Source: Octopus bimaculoides
Lineage: Eukaryota
Direction of reading: 5' to 3'
Assembly: GCF_001194135.2 (NCBI RefSeq)
Contig: NC_068991.1
Location: forward strand, 74,053,779 to 74,117,778
DNA length: 64,000 nucleotides
Under the pieces are notes generated by a model. The model was not told the DNA's origin. It searched no databases and saw only the letters and a list, made by a program, of their open reading frames with translations. This document shows positions 39,101 to 53,428 of the stretch, in pieces (the stretch's first letter is position 1; each line of letters begins with the position of its first letter). Made by a program: the position numbers and the translations under genes.

Positions 39101-40205
39101 CAGTTTCAGTTAGAATTAAAAGCTAACGAATGATGTGTGTAATTATGTTATTGTATAGATTGTTACTGTATATTTTTGTATCATTTCTTGCACAGGCAAC
39201 AATAAGATTTATATACAACAAAAATGCAAGTCATCTCTCCTTTCTTAAATAGCTTCTCTTAATTTTCTTCATTCCGTGGACTTTCCCCGGGTCCTGCTAG
39301 TTCTAAAGTAAATTAATTAATTTCTCAGTTTATTATTACTGTGTTAAAGTGTTTTGTATAAGTTATGTTGTGTTTTAGCTCAATATCTACGTAAATCAGC
39401 TGTTGAGGTAAAATTACAAAATTAAAGGATGTGGATATAACTATAAAATTAATTACCTTGGTTCGTTAAGAACAATCACTGTTGTCCTGTCATATCTTAA
39501 AATTTCATGTGTCCGCAATTCAACATCAACATTTTAGCTGCATTGCAACTTAACTTCAATCTCCAGTGCAAAACCTTCTTCTGATGTCATTATTTTGCTT
39601 ATTGTTTGTTTATTTATTTAATTTTTTTTTTTTATATTGTTGCCACTCGGAGTTTATTATGTTGGTGATGTATTTATATAAAGCTAGAATTGAAAGTTTG
39701 ATATAAAAATAAAAATAATAAAAAAAGTCTCCTTGAAATAGAAGCTGTGTGAATATGGCAGTTACTGGCCGTGTTGTAACCATCAAATACTGTGAACTGG
39801 CGAGCATTGTTGGCAAATTGTTTGGTTTAGACTTTTCCCAAATTGGGAACAGTATGGTAAACAGTGCATTAACAATTCCTTGCTTTCTTTTTTGTCAATT
39901 CAGTCCTCATTGTTGCTATCTTGTCGACATTGAATTATTTTTCGGCAATTTTTTCCTTCCCCCGTTTCTTTGTTTCCTTTTTTGGCTCTTATATATCTTT
40001 GCTTTAATCATCTGGTTGCTTTCTTGGATTAGATATTTGCTCAATATTTGATGTGCTAAATGCTTTGCCTATTTTCTTTGTCTCTTTTTTGGCAAGGTTC
40101 TTATTTTTTCTCTTCTTTCCTAAATTGTTCATTGAATACCTAACACCACTTCTAGTAACTTAGATAATCTCAACTTTCTGCATCAATTTCTCGTTGACTC
40201 TCCAG

Positions 40206-40268
40206 GAGAAAACAAGCTAAGCATCATGATTCTAGCAGTGGAACAGAGTCCTCTAGTGGCACTGATTG
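40206..40268 (+). CDS. SRPK: SRPK internal exon, 63 nt, phase 2-2 (RKQAKHHDSSSGTESSSGTD-W), possibly a cassette
   Basis: Acceptor tttctcgttgactctccag|G and donor TG|gtaagt. Open in the phase that joins exon 62372; length is a multiple of 3. Confidence 0.7.
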
Positions 40269-41345
40269 GTAAGTACTTATTAAAACTAGGGAGGTAACTC
40301 TGTTATGTTCTGGAACTTGAGTAAATATTCCGCCATTCCTACGAAACACTTTTTAATGTCTGAAATTTGTTGACATGTGGGAATTTTGTTGTTCACTTAT
40401 TCAGTATGAAAGCAATAATGGAAGGTTTATTTATTTACATGTGCCCTTGATTACAAATGCTGGCAAGTGAGCAACGTTTTTGTGGCTGAATTTAATTTGC
40501 CCTTAATTGTTGTTACCTAATCAAATGACCCCATATTTTCAGGCTGAGAATGAAATACCCCCCCCTTTTTTTTTCCTCCTTGTTTTCTGTTGCTATTTAA
40601 ACTGGTCATGCTGTTTTATTACAAACGCAGTTTATGCAGCCTGCTTCTCATGCTTTAAGTTACACTGGTATTTTTTGTCCATTGTGGAGCATGCAGGAAC
40701 AACAATGAGCTAAACCTAGTTTAGCATCTCTCAAAAGTAAGTTTAGTCAAATTTAACAAACAGTTTCAGAATCCTTATTTAAAAAAAAAAAACTTTACTT
40801 CTATATTAACAATTAAATTTTGTTCTGGGTTTTTCAATTCTATTTTTATTTTTACTTTTATTTAATTACTGTTTTTGTTTTAAATTCTGGATATTATATA
40901 TTTTTTTCCCCCCAGACTTAATTTAGGAAGTTCTTTAGAAAATTAATCCAGTTGGTTGGTATTAGTGCAAGAACTACTATAAATGGACACAGCTAATAAG
41001 CTTCATAAATGGATATATCTTCTTAATGAAAGAGTTTTTGTTAGATAGTTCTCTAAAATTAGTCAGAGAAGAAGAAATGTTGATGAATTACGGAATTAGA
41101 ATAGTTATAATTAGTCTTTAAAATTTTTCTTCTTCTTCATCCATTCACATTTTGAATGATCTGTATGTGTGGATTTATATTTTTTAATCTGCCAGTGAAA
41201 ATAGTTCTTAAATAGACCAATGTCTTCGTGAAGGAACTGAAGGAAGAATACTAGTCTGCCAGCCTTCATTATTGGAATCATTACTTTGAGCTTTGAGCCA
41301 GGATAGGGAAAGCACATTATTCAACTTGATTTAGCTTATGAAAGT

Positions 41346-41386
<41 letters not shown>

Positions 41387-43302
41387 GTGTCATGGTTGAT
41401 TAGTTTACAATAAGAGAAGCAATCACTTGCAAAAAAAAGACTACCCAGAAAAATACAGAGAGAGAGAGAGAGAGAATATGATGGAAATGAAGCTGTTTGA
41501 TCCCAACTTTGTGGTAATATGTTGATGTTGTTGTTGTTATGTGGAGAAATGAAATTTATTGCAAATGTGAAAGTGAAATATTAACCTAGTTTATTATTTT
41601 ACTATCTAGGCATAAAGAAGAGAATGGTTAGCTGTATGTGTGTGTGTACATCTAAAATGATGAGATTGTAGTACAGGTCTAAATGCCAAAATGCCATGCA
41701 GTTTTATTTCATTTGTTAATTTACATGTTCAAATCACAGTAAGGTCACTTTTGGTTTTCATGTCTCTTGTATCTTTTCAAATTTCTTTTTTTTTCTTTTC
41801 TTTTTTTTTTAAATTATTAATTTTCAAAATTATTCAGAATTTTGTTAATGTTTATTTTTAGTTAACTAACATATTTTTAGAATTAATTTTGTTGTTAAGA
41901 AAAATGTCTAAATATGAAAGAAAATGTGTTGAATCCATGTAATTCTTTCTACATTTGTATTGTTCATAAACACTAAATTTAAATCTAAATCCACACAGGA
42001 TACTTGAACCAGGAAAGTATGTTGAATATATTAAATATCTTTTAAAAAAAAATGCTTAAACATGAGCAATGGGAAAAGTACATCAAAATATTTTGTTAGG
42101 TAGAAATGGTTTTCAAAGATAGAAATAATGCAGTAAATCATTTAAAGATATGAAGAATATTAATAAAATGCTAACTATGTTATTTATGCTAAGTTTATTG
42201 TAATTATTCTTTGAGAAGAATATTGTATGTTTTAAGAATTAAATTAAGAATTGCTTGGAGCCAAAAAAATTTCCAAGTTTTATTGGTGTTTAGAAGCTAG
42301 AAGGCACATGGAAAGCTATTACCATATTTGCTAAAACCATGGAAATGTTGATATTCCAAATTATTGTGCATAATTTGTGAATTATAGTTCGTGGCATTGG
42401 GGCTAAGATTGTTTGGTTTCTAAAAAGAAAGAAAAAAAAGAAAAAATTATGTGGATGAATTATTAAGAGAAAAATACAATTATTTTCAAAAATATTTGTA
42501 AGTGCTGCTGTTATCTGCAGAAAATTATCTGTATTTTAAACAGCATTTCTGTTTAAAAATTTTTTCTCGGTGATGACAGCACATTGTATAAACTTTGAGA
42601 ATAACTGATTGTTATTGGAACAAGCAAAATGGATTTGGGATTTAGCAAAACAGAAATTGCTTAAGAAAATGTTTTGATATTGTTTATCTTTCCTAAGCTA
42701 CTGTGCTATAATTAATTGTTTTTCTTTTATTTTATTTACTAAAGGAAATTTGAAGTTATACTTTTGTGAATTTGCACAACTACTTTCATATTGTAAAAAA
42801 AAAAAAAAAAATCCAAATATTATTTTTAATATATGTATTTTGTTTGTTAATGAAGCCAATATAATTATTAGCAAAATTAGCTGTGATGTAGCTATTGCAG
42901 GTTTTATACAACTGAGGAAGCTGATGAAGTGAATATCTGAATGCAATGTTCAGCCATTTTGATTTCCATGATTTTGTTTTTTGTTTTTCCCCTCTTTTTT
43001 TCTTTCTTTTTTTTTCTTTTCTTCTAATATTTTAATAAAATAGATTCATCTGATTATTAACAATTGTTTTGTCCTCCAAGCATTAAGACAAGTTGATTAA
43101 CTGATTGCTAATGACTTCACAAAGAGATGGAAGAAGCAAACTATCTTGCAGATATTTGGAATCAAAGACAGACAGACACATACACGCTCACATCTTGAGA
43201 AATGGTGTCAGTAACTCTGGGACTACAGTAAATTCAGGAAAACGGTTTTAAATGCTATTGGCTTAATCACTGTAATCCTTTTAAAGTCTAAATTTCTCTT
43301 TG

Positions 43303-43528
43303 CTCTTTTGCTTGTTTCATTTGACTGCAGCCATGCTGGAGCACCACCTTCGGTCAAACTAATCAACCCTTATTCTTATTCTTTGTAAGCCTAATACTTA
43401 TTCTATCAGTCTCTTTTGCTGAACTGCTGCATTACGGGGACGAAAACACACCAACATCGGTTGTCAAGCGATGGTAGGGGAACAAACACAGACACGCACA
43501 CAAATATACATGCATGTATATATAAATA

Positions 43529-43584
<56 letters not shown>

Positions 43585-43752
43585 CAAACACACATGATAG
43601 GCTGCTTTCAGTTTCCATCTACCAAATCCACTCACAAATCTTTGGTCGGCCTGAGGCTATAGTAGAAAACACTTGCCCAAGGTGACATGCAGTAGGACTG
43701 AACCCACAGCCATGTGGTTGGGAAGCAAGCTTCTTACCACACAACCACGCCT
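43303..43752 (-). mobile_element. Full-length SINE family A with internal (TA)n
   Basis: Tail cttgtttcatttgactgcagccatgctgg; head ttaccacacaaccacgcc. Confidence 0.85.
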
Positions 43753-44144
43753 CTTTATATATATTTTGAACCTAAATTATTCAATATCAGTTTCTGCTTT
43801 CTTCAGAATGATAAAGAAAGAAAGAAAAAAAGAGAGGGAATAATTAAGAGCTTCCTAATTAAAACACATTAATGTGGACCAATAAAAACTCACCCAATCA
43901 CTTTACTTATTTCTGCCATGTATTTTTATGCTAATACTTTTGAACTGTGTGTCTGTTTTTGAACCTTTTCATTTCTATAAAATAATTAATTACAGTCGTC
44001 TAAGTAGTTTGGTAATTATGTTATATGCTGGAGTGTCTGTTATTCAAATGGAACATTTATTCCTTTGAAGATGAGAGGAAGTATGATGTAATGTAGTTGC
44101 AAGTTGTGTGTATACTATTGTCTGTCTGTGTATGTATATATATA

Positions 44145-44198
<54 letters not shown>

Positions 44199-44700
44199 TC
44201 TTGCATGTTGATGGTTTTGGTCCTTCATCAGTTTCAATGATGGTGGTGGGGTTCACTTGTTCAATCAACTATTACCTGCTTGTTGAATTAACATACAAGT
44301 GGCTGAGTATTCCTGACATGTGTACCTTTTAATGTAATTCTCAAGGCAGAATCAGCATGACAGTATATGTGTGTGTGTGTGTGTGTGATAAGGCTGTACC
44401 TTTTGAATTACAGGCACAGTCTACTTGATGGGCTTCTGTACAGTTTCTATCGTCTCAGTTTAACTCAAAAATGAAGGACTGACTTGAATCCATAGGAGAT
44501 AACATTTGCCTAAGATGCCATGCTGTGGGATTGAACCTGAGGCATTGTGATTGCAAAGTGAGCTTCTGAACCACCCAAACAGTGTACACACTTGCTTGTG
44601 TGTGTGTGACTGTATGTATGTCTAATGTCTAACCCATGACAGCAAGGAAAATGGATGTGAGATGATGAGGATTATGTATGTATGTATGTATGTATGTGTA

Positions 44701-44779
<79 letters not shown>

Positions 44780-46973
44780 GCACACATATTCCCCAACTTA
44801 TTGGCAATCGAATGTGTATTTGTAGTCAACATTCTAATTGATAAATTCTTCAGAAGTTGCAATTAATTCTACCAAACAGAAAACATTGTTTACATTTAAC
44901 TATATTTTACTAGTTTAACTATGAAGTTCTATGAATGTTTAGTTGTTAGTAAAGCAAGAACTCAGATTTAAACTCAGTTCCTCTGTTCCTCTGTTTTGCA
45001 TTCATATCCATCTTTGTCGTGCTATTGAACTTCTTTGCTGTGAGACAGACAGACAGAAATGATTGGCGAGACCTGTTTAGTTACCACTAGCTTCATTGTA
45101 TTTGCATAATGATTTCGATGTGTTGGCTGCTACCTTTTTCCTGATATTGTCTGTGACATAAAGAAATTAGAATTTCAGCTTTTAAAATCAACATTTAATC
45201 CATCTTGAAGTCTTAAAATATGGCGAAATAGATTCCATCCCCCCACCTTTTCCTTTAGTTCTTTATCTTGATAGTCAGTAGCTTGCTGGTAGCAAATATT
45301 ATTCTTCAGCAATTACTTGTTTCACATTGTACATTAGTATATTTTTTCGCAAGAGACATCAAAACAAAATAGTTTTTTTTAGTGCGTCTGCAAATAATCT
45401 GTGAAATCAATGGTTTTGATCCCTAGGCTTTGAGTTCGAACTTAGTTTCGTGTCTGGTTTTCTGCAATTATAACAGCCACCTTGTGGTAGACATAGCCTG
45501 TTTAGATATCGTTTCCTTTGTGTTGGTTTCTTTGAATAAAAATGTTCAACGAAGTTCTTTGAACATAATAAATGTTATGAAATACTGTGTATTTTCAGTG
45601 ATAACCTGTATTGCTCTCTCTCTTTCTCTTAACCTTAGAACAACTTAATACACTTGCCCGGCAGATGATTGGGGATTGGACATTTTACAGAATTTTCATT
45701 ATTCAATAATAACCTTCATTGTTTAACGTCCACCTTCCTTGCTAGCATAGGTGGGATGGTTTCACAAGAGCCGGCTAGGCTGAAGCCAGCACCAGACTTC
45801 TGTGACTGTTTTGGCAGGATTTCTACAGCTGGATGACCTTTCTGGATATGGTTACCCAACCTTTGGTTTGTGAGAATCTTGTAGGAATATATTGATATGC
45901 CATTCATGATGTCGACATACCTAGTTGAGGGCTCTTCTATGTATCTTGTGAAGCAGGAGGTAAAGTACTTTGCTAGGTTCCATCAGCTGTCAGTTTCAGG
46001 TCCTCTTCAGGCAACTGTACATTCTCTGTCTCTTTGGGTTTGAAGGGCTTCATGAAAAAACCTGACTTAAACCAAAAGTCATCTATGCCCATTTTACTGT
46101 GGCTTTTTTTCTTTTTCTTTCTCCATTGATAAAACTTAAAAGTTAAGATAATTATGGCTGGTGATGATCTAGAAGGCACAGCCGTAGTTGCAGGTTTCAG
46201 AAGTTTGCTTCCAAACCATGTAGTTTCGAGTTAGCCCCAGTGCATGGCATCTTAGGCAAATTATCTTCTAGTTCCCAGTTTGACTAATCTCTTGTGAGTG
46301 AATTTGGTAGACACAAACTTTAAAAATCCCTGTCATATGAGTGATATTGTCGCCCTGTCAGCAAATCATCAGATTGCTTTGCACTTTTGAAGCTGTGTAA
46401 AATAAGAGATCGCTTATTTGGAAAACAGGTAAAGGTTAGTAATTGGAAGAGCATCTGGTTAGCAATTGGAAGAGCAATGTTTAAATAATCTATCTAGCAT
46501 CAAAATATGTAAGTAAAAATGAATGAACAAAGGATAGTCTTTAATTGAAAGTTTGCAAAATGGTAAAATAATCATTATTTATGCTTTAAGCATAAATAAT
46601 GATTATTTGGAAATTTTTTTCTTAAATTATCTGGTACATTCCTTATTCTAGGTAATTTACCAAAAATGTCAGTTAAGCATTGTTATTAACATAAGTTGAT
46701 TTATCAGCTTTATTATAAGAAGTATTATCAGCTTTATTATAAGAAGTAACAGCATTATGGAATGTCATTTAATTTTTTTTTATTCATTCTCTTGAATAAT
46801 GATACCGTTCCGTGGTGTTATATAAGCATGATAAGAACTGAAATAGTTAAATAAATTTATGAGCAGTTTAACTTCGTTAACTAATAATCACATTGAAATG
46901 TCTTCATTGTTCAAGTTATAATTCACATTAAGAAGAAAAAAAACGATTCAATGAAGATGAGAGGAATTTCATG

Positions 46974-47011
<38 letters not shown>

Positions 47012-48372
47012 CTTCATTCAGTGGCCTATGATTCTATGGAGTGTAGAAAACTTGAGTTATGATGAGTCATTGATGCAGGTGTCATAATAATTAGACTCGG
47101 ACAGCATTGTCTCAGCTGATGATAATGGGAAGTATATCCATCACTCATACATATTCATGAGCATGTGTGTGTGTGTATGTAGACATATATATATTTTATT
47201 CTTTTACTTGTTTCAGTCATTTGACTGCAGCCATGCTGGAGCACCGCCTTTAGTCGAACAAATTGACCCCAGGACTTATTCGTTGTAAGCCTAGTACTTA
47301 TTCTATCAGTCTCTTTTGCTGATAGAAACATTTGCCTTCTTAGTGAATTTGCTACATGGAAACTGTGTGGAAACTCATTGTCTGTGTGTGGGTGCATGTT
47401 TGTGTTTGCCCCTCTCCCATTTAACAATGGGTGGTGGTTTCTTTAAACCCCTGTAGCTTAGTGGTTGGTACAAAAAGACCATTGGAGTACATCTTGTTCA
47501 ACTCAAACCCTAGGTGGTGCCCCAGCATGGCCACAATTCAGTGACTCAAACAAGGAAAAGATAAAAATAAATGTTAGAAAGCTATTTAGTTTCTGGGCAG
47601 AGACATTTGTCTATGCCCAGCAAGGTCTTTTAAAAGGGATTTCATTTTCGTTTTCATCCTCCAGAGAACTATTTGTATTCATTTAAAATAATTCAACTCG
47701 TTGATTAGACATTTAGTTGGATTTCAAAATGTTCTCTCTAAAATATAATGGATTAACGTCTATTTAAGTGCATTGTGTAATTTTTATTTGTTTACACAAG
47801 GGATTCCTGTTTTACTCTATCAATTCCATCCAAAAAAAAAAAACGTTACCATGGTTATAACATGGCTACCTTATTTGATGCATTTTGCAGCATAGTGTCA
47901 TTTTACAAAGGAAGCTCCCTCTACCTCCAGTCTCCTGTTATATTAGCACCTTTGAGACAATGTCGTAGTAGTGAGTCTCTAGGTATCCTGTATACTAGAA
48001 ATGGCAGTTTGCTTCACGACAGACTTCTTTCAGTTGCTGTCTCTCGTTTCACACAGATGGTATCGGTCCACTTGTGGCTATCACTGACACCAGCTGACAG
48101 CAGCCACACATTGGGAGTGGGCCCTAAGTCACAGGATTCTGAAATGAACTTATTAATTACACAGTCAGGTCTGTCCTTCTCAGGCTTCTCTTATGTCTAT
48201 TTGATATTGTTCTTTACCACTCCCTTTCTCAGTCTCCCTAGGCCTGTTTATTTAAAAAAAAGTTTTTTTTATAGCTTTTATGGTTTTATTTGTTTGGTTT
48301 TATATCTGTTTTTCCATTCCAGCATGGGTTAGATGAATATATTAACAAAGCATTGTTTTATCTCTGGTTACC

Positions 48373-48610
48373 TTTCTTGTTATTTCTTTATTGCCCACAA
48401 GGGGCTAAACATAGAGGGGACAAACAAGGACAGACAAAGGGATTAAGTTGATTACATCGACCCCAGTGCATAACTGGTACTTAATTTATCGACCCCGAAA
48501 GGATGAAAGGAAAGTTGACCTCAGGAGAATTTGAACTCAGAACGTAACTGCAGATGAAATACCGCGAAGCATTTTGCCCGGCGTGCTAACGATTCTGCCA
48601 CCTCGCCGCC
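48373..48610 (-). mobile_element. Full-length SINE family B
   Basis: Reverse complement head ggcggcgaggtggcagaatcgttagcacgccgg; flanking ttcttgtt duplication. Confidence 0.9.
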
Positions 48611-48777
48611 TTCTTGTTGCTAACTCTTACCTGTTTTTCAAGTAAGGGATCTCATATTTCATGTCTTTGATGATACAAAGCTGGATTAACAGTGTTCCTG
48701 CTTGGAGCTCCTGATTTTCAAGGAAACAAAAATGTGAGCGAACAAACACGTACATGTACACACATGCAGAGAGGGGG

Positions 48778-49214
48778 GGGCTCTTCCAGTTTTTGTCTAC
48801 CAAATCGACTCTTAAGGCTTTGCTCAACTTCATGCTATAAGCAGAAGACACATGCCCAAGGTGCTGCACAGCTGGACTGAACCTGGAACCATGTAGTTGA
48901 TAAACTTCTTAACCATGCAACCGTGCAATCACCTCCAGAGTAATATTCCACCAGCATGCTATTTTCTGTCTAGCTGAAACCTTGCTCCAGTCACACATCA
49001 GATATGTTGCTTTCTCATAGAAGTTCTGTTGCCCTGTAATAGGTTTCCTCCTCCACCTCTCCATCATCATCATCATATGTATCGCCTAGACTAGACTCTC
49101 TCTCTCTCTCTCTGATGGAGGTTTCAGTTTTGACACCTTCCTTCTCCCAGACTGTCTTTTGCTTGTCTGTCTAGCATTTACTTTGATGTCATTATTTGAT
49201 GGCTGTTGCTGGGG

Positions 49215-49257
<43 letters not shown>

Positions 49258-50315
49258 TGAGTGTGTGTGTCTGCTTTTTCCACTTTGACATGGGTTGAAT
49301 GAGACTTACTGAAACATATTCTATAGCCTGATGCTCTTCTTGCCACCAACCTTTGGATGCTTGCATGTGTATACATATAGGGGAATGTGCGTGCATATGC
49401 ACATGCATATATATTTATATATTTGTATATACACATACATACACACTTGTATATACATACACTCGCACATAAATGCACGTGTACTTTATGTATATATATA
49501 TGTGTAGTATATGTGTGTGTTTGTAATTAATGACTTCTTCCGTCTAACAAATTGATTTATTTAAATAAATCGTTCATTGTCTATGTACAGTAAGTTTGTA
49601 AAAACTAACAACAACAAACTGTTAGCTGCTTAATACCATGTTTAAGTAGCAAGCAGAGCTTTATCTGCCAAGTGTAACTTGGAAAATTTCCTATTAAACT
49701 CTAATAGCAAGATTAAATCTTTAATACTCCATCCTAAAATAGATTTTCTGTCTCTCTCTCTCTGAGTCTATTTTCGTTTTGCTGTGCATCTTTTGAAGAA
49801 AACAAATCTTTATTAAGTGTAAAATGTTTGCAATCTGTATTAAATTGTTTGAGGTTACTATCTCAACTATGGGTAAGAGGTGGATCGTTTTAAACTCTGC
49901 TGCAGGCTGTGTTGTGACTTCTTATCGAGAGAGATTTGTCTATCTTTTATCTTGTCATCTACTTGTTTTAGTTTTTCGATTGTGGTCATGCTGGAGCACT
50001 GATGGATTGACAGTGCTCTTTTTTTTTTTAAAGTTTAGTACTAAATATATTGGTATCTTTTTGCTCAGTTGCTAAGTTACAGAGATATAAACAAACAAAC
50101 ACTGGTTGTTGAGGTGGTGATGATGGGACAAACACACACACACACACAAGATGGGCTTCCTTACAGTTTCTCTCTAATTCACTCACAAGGCATGTGTTGG
50201 TTGATGTGGGAGAGGAAGCTACAGTAAAAGATGCCCAACGTTCTGCACACGGGTACTGAACCTAAAACCACCCGGTTGCAAAGTGAGCTGCTTAACCACT
50301 CAGCCATGCCTGCAT
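48778..50315 (-). mobile_element. Two SINE family A copies (48778-48925 and 49955-50315); others near 44420-44580(-), 46181-46335(+) and 47195-47320(-)
   Basis: Family motifs. Confidence 0.65.
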
Positions 50316-50751
50316 CTACTGTGTATATTCAGTCGTAAGTCATTTGTCTAACGTAATTGATGATTGAATTAAGTGTTCAATCCATGTTGCTATTGTGAAA
50401 CAGATTTAACGAAACAGGAAATGTGAAATCCAAGAAATAAATGGCATTTGTTGGAATAATGTGGCTAAAATAGTTACAATTTATAGTTTGGAACCCACTG
50501 TCCTGTTGTGTCCCCTTAGAACTTACTGCTCTTCAGCCCTATTTTGCTGGGGCTTTACACCTTTCAACTATAAGCATTGATATCAGTTCTGCTAACCTCT
50601 GACCCATCAGTGTGCTGTCTCCTCTTTGCCTTTTCTGTTGCTACCATAATGGCCTCTGCTTCTCAGAGCTGGTTGCTCTCTTGCCTTCACCACTTAGGTA
50701 AACCCCTGACCTATTTACCTCTCCACTTCTTGTCAATCTTGGTGTGTTCAA

Positions 50752-50935
50752 GGCAGTGAGCTGGCAGAAACGTTAGCACGCTGGGCGAAATGCTTAGCGG
50801 TATATCGTCTGTCTTTACGTTCTGAGTTCAAATTCCGCCGAGGTCGACTTTGCCTTTCATCTTTTCGGGGGTTGATAAATTAAGTATCAGTTTCATACTG
50901 GAATCGATCTAATCGACTGACCCCCTCCTCAAAAA
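50752..50935 (+). mobile_element. SINE family B; degenerate copies at 51400-51520(-), 52670-52800(+) and 52830-53035(+)
   Basis: ggcagtgagctggcagaaacgttagcacgc...gagttcaaattccgccgaggtcgactttgcctttcatc. Confidence 0.85.
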
Positions 50936-51971
50936 TTGTGTCTAGAGGGAGAAAAGAATCTTGGTTTGTTCAATCTCTACTTTCCTTGCAATGAATCTCT
51001 ATACCCAATCCTTCATATCTGGACCCTCTGGAGTCCCCACCTTGCTCATTGTCTGCCCTGCAAGTGTTGACGTGCAACAATAAGAAGCTGAACATTAAAG
51101 GCAACAACTCCATTCTCAGAAGATTTGCAGATGTCATAGGTTCTGCTCCTTTCTCCAGACCCAGTTTTTTTTTTCTTCCCCCTTTTTAAAGACACATAAT
51201 AGTCTTCCTGCCTAACGAAGCCTAATTTCTTTTGATTATAGATTTACAAAAGAGGAACAGCTAGGTTTTAGTTGATTCTATTGATGTATATGGCTTCCCA
51301 TCTGCTAGGCTAGCTGGTTTTAACCCCCTCAGTACTGTTTATCAGTAATCTTTCCAGTCCGGGTTGATGTAATAATAATTAGAAAAATCATGGCAGTGGA
51401 TTAGTGGAACTGCAAGGATGGTAGACCAGGTGCCTTGTGGTATTTGCTTCAGCTCCTTGTGTTCTGAGTTCAAATCCTGTTGTGGCCTATGTCCCTGGGA
51501 TAGATCTAACCTGTTGCCTAGTTTAGCACCACCATTTCCCCCTTGGCTGCCTTTAGAGGAATCCACTCTTTTGGAAACTTTTGACCCACAATAATAATAA
51601 AAAAATTCTAATCTCATATGCAAACTTTAGAATTTGATGGGTGACTTTTGGTGAGATGGTGTCAAAAAGGTTAATCCTTATAGATGTACAGATGTTTCCA
51701 AAGCTCAATGTGGTTCCCTATTTTAAGTTGGAGTGCTGAATGCCTAAGTGCTCAGTTTGATGTGGAACTAATTGAAATTTCATGTGTCATTATTTCAACA
51801 ACTGTTTTTTCCACATTATCAGACATTGGGTAGTCTACTGTGTAGTGTATCATCACTAATCTTAGTCGTCTTTCTCCTTGTATGTATCTCTCAGATTAGC
51901 TTAATCTTTTGTGGCCAGCTTGACTGTTCGCTATTTAATATTCTCAATGATTTTTTGCTGATACACATTAA

Positions 51972-52039
<68 letters not shown>

Positions 52040-52195
52040 CACATTTTAAAATGTATTAGGATGAAATGCCACTGATTTGTCAGCTTAATCTATTTTTCCA
52101 CAATATCTCAGCCTCATATTTCCATCTTAAATCAGTTTGATGTTTATCATTAATAACTACCCTTCACGTTGTGCTCATTTGTTTGTCGGACTATC

Positions 52196-52296
52196 ATGTC
52201 GATGGTGCATTACGGCCGTGTTATCTTACTTGCAAAGTTAAGAAAATTGCTACAACAAAAAGATAAGCGGAGTCGTTCCTATAATTATAAATTCAG
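52196..52296 (+). CDS. SRPK: SRPK candidate alternative first coding exon (MSMVHYGRVILLAKLRKLLQQKDKRSRSYNYKF-R)
   Basis: atcATG at 52196, 33 open codons plus AG, donor AG|gtattc at 52297, phase 2. Locally CpG-rich and non-repetitive. Confidence 0.5.
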
Positions 52297-53054
52297 GTAT
52301 TCAAATTTTATTTTAATTTTTTTCTGTTTTAAATTTGTCCGAGGTTAGTGTTGTGTTTGTACCAGTTTCACTAAATCCATCTACAATTTTGTGTCTAAAT
52401 TTTAGTTTTAAAGTTTGATTAAGCAGCTTAGAAGAAGTATTAAAATCATATTTTGCAGTCATTTATTGATGATTATTATTATTGATATTGATTGCAGTTC
52501 CAATTCTTTCTGAGATCAACCCTTACTGTGCTCAACTTTGCTGTCATCCTTACAGAATCGATAAGATGAAATACTTGTGTAGAACTGGGAGTTGATGTAA
52601 TCTACTAACTCAATCTCCTTCCTTAAAAAAATATTGTTCTTTGCCTAAATTAGAAGCAATTATAACGAGGACGGTGGATTGGCAGACACATTAGAGCATT
52701 GGATAAAAAGTTTTGTGGTATTTGTTGTAGCTTTTTACATTCTGAGTTCAAATCCTGCTGAGCTCAACATTGCTTTTCGTCCTTTCGTAGTCAATAAAAT
52801 AAAGTCCTGGTTACTATTATATAAAGTTTTGGTGGTGAACTGGCAGAATCGTTAGCACGCTGGAGGAAATGCTTAGCGGTATTTTGCCTGTTGCTCTGTT
52901 CTGAGTTCAAATCCTGCTGAGGTCGACTTTGCCTGTCAAAATAAAATAAGTACCAGTTGAACACTGGGGTCAATGTAATCAACTCATCCCCCACCTCCCC
53001 CACAAGCTGCCCTTGTGGCAAAAATTTGAAATAATTATAGAAAGGTTTCATTTC

Positions 53055-53428
53055 TTTATGGTTGTATCTTTTACTTTTTTCGGTCATTATGAAACTGGCC
53101 ATGTTGGGGCACTACCTTGAGGAATTTTAGTTGAATGAGTCAACCCCAGTACTTAGCCTGGTACTTAGTTCATTGCTCTCTTTTGCCAAACTGCTAAGTT
53201 GTGGGGATGTAAACACACCAACACCAGTTGTCGGGGGATGGTGGAAGACAAAGAAACACATACGCAATGGTCTTCTTTCAGTTCCTATTTACCAAATCCA
53301 TTCACAAGGGCTTTGGTTGGCCCGATTCTATAGTTGAAGATGCTTGCCCAAGGTGCCACACAGTGGGACTAAATTTGGGAACCATGTGGTTGAGAAGCAA
53401 ACTTCTTACCACACTGTGCCATCCCTGT
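53055..53428 (-). mobile_element. SINE family A
   Basis: Family head and tail motifs. Confidence 0.8.

Noticed and set aside
39758-39856. ORF MAVTGRVVTIKYCELASIVGKLFGLDFSQIGNSM with donor gtaaac, 350 bp before exon 40206
   Set aside because: Ends in phase 0 (or phase 1 at the alternative donor) and so is out of frame with SRPK; at most a UTR exon.
41477-41512. MMEMKLFDPNFV followed by gtaata
   Set aside because: Phase 0 and no other support.
41999-42016. 18-nt phase 2-2 microexon candidate (ILEPG-K, donor gtatgt)
   Set aside because: The acceptor lacks a polypyrimidine tract; such matches are expected by chance in 60 kb.
44200-44240. Minus-strand CTGATGAAGG motif
   Set aside because: No helix II partner or GAAA core, so not called a hammerhead.
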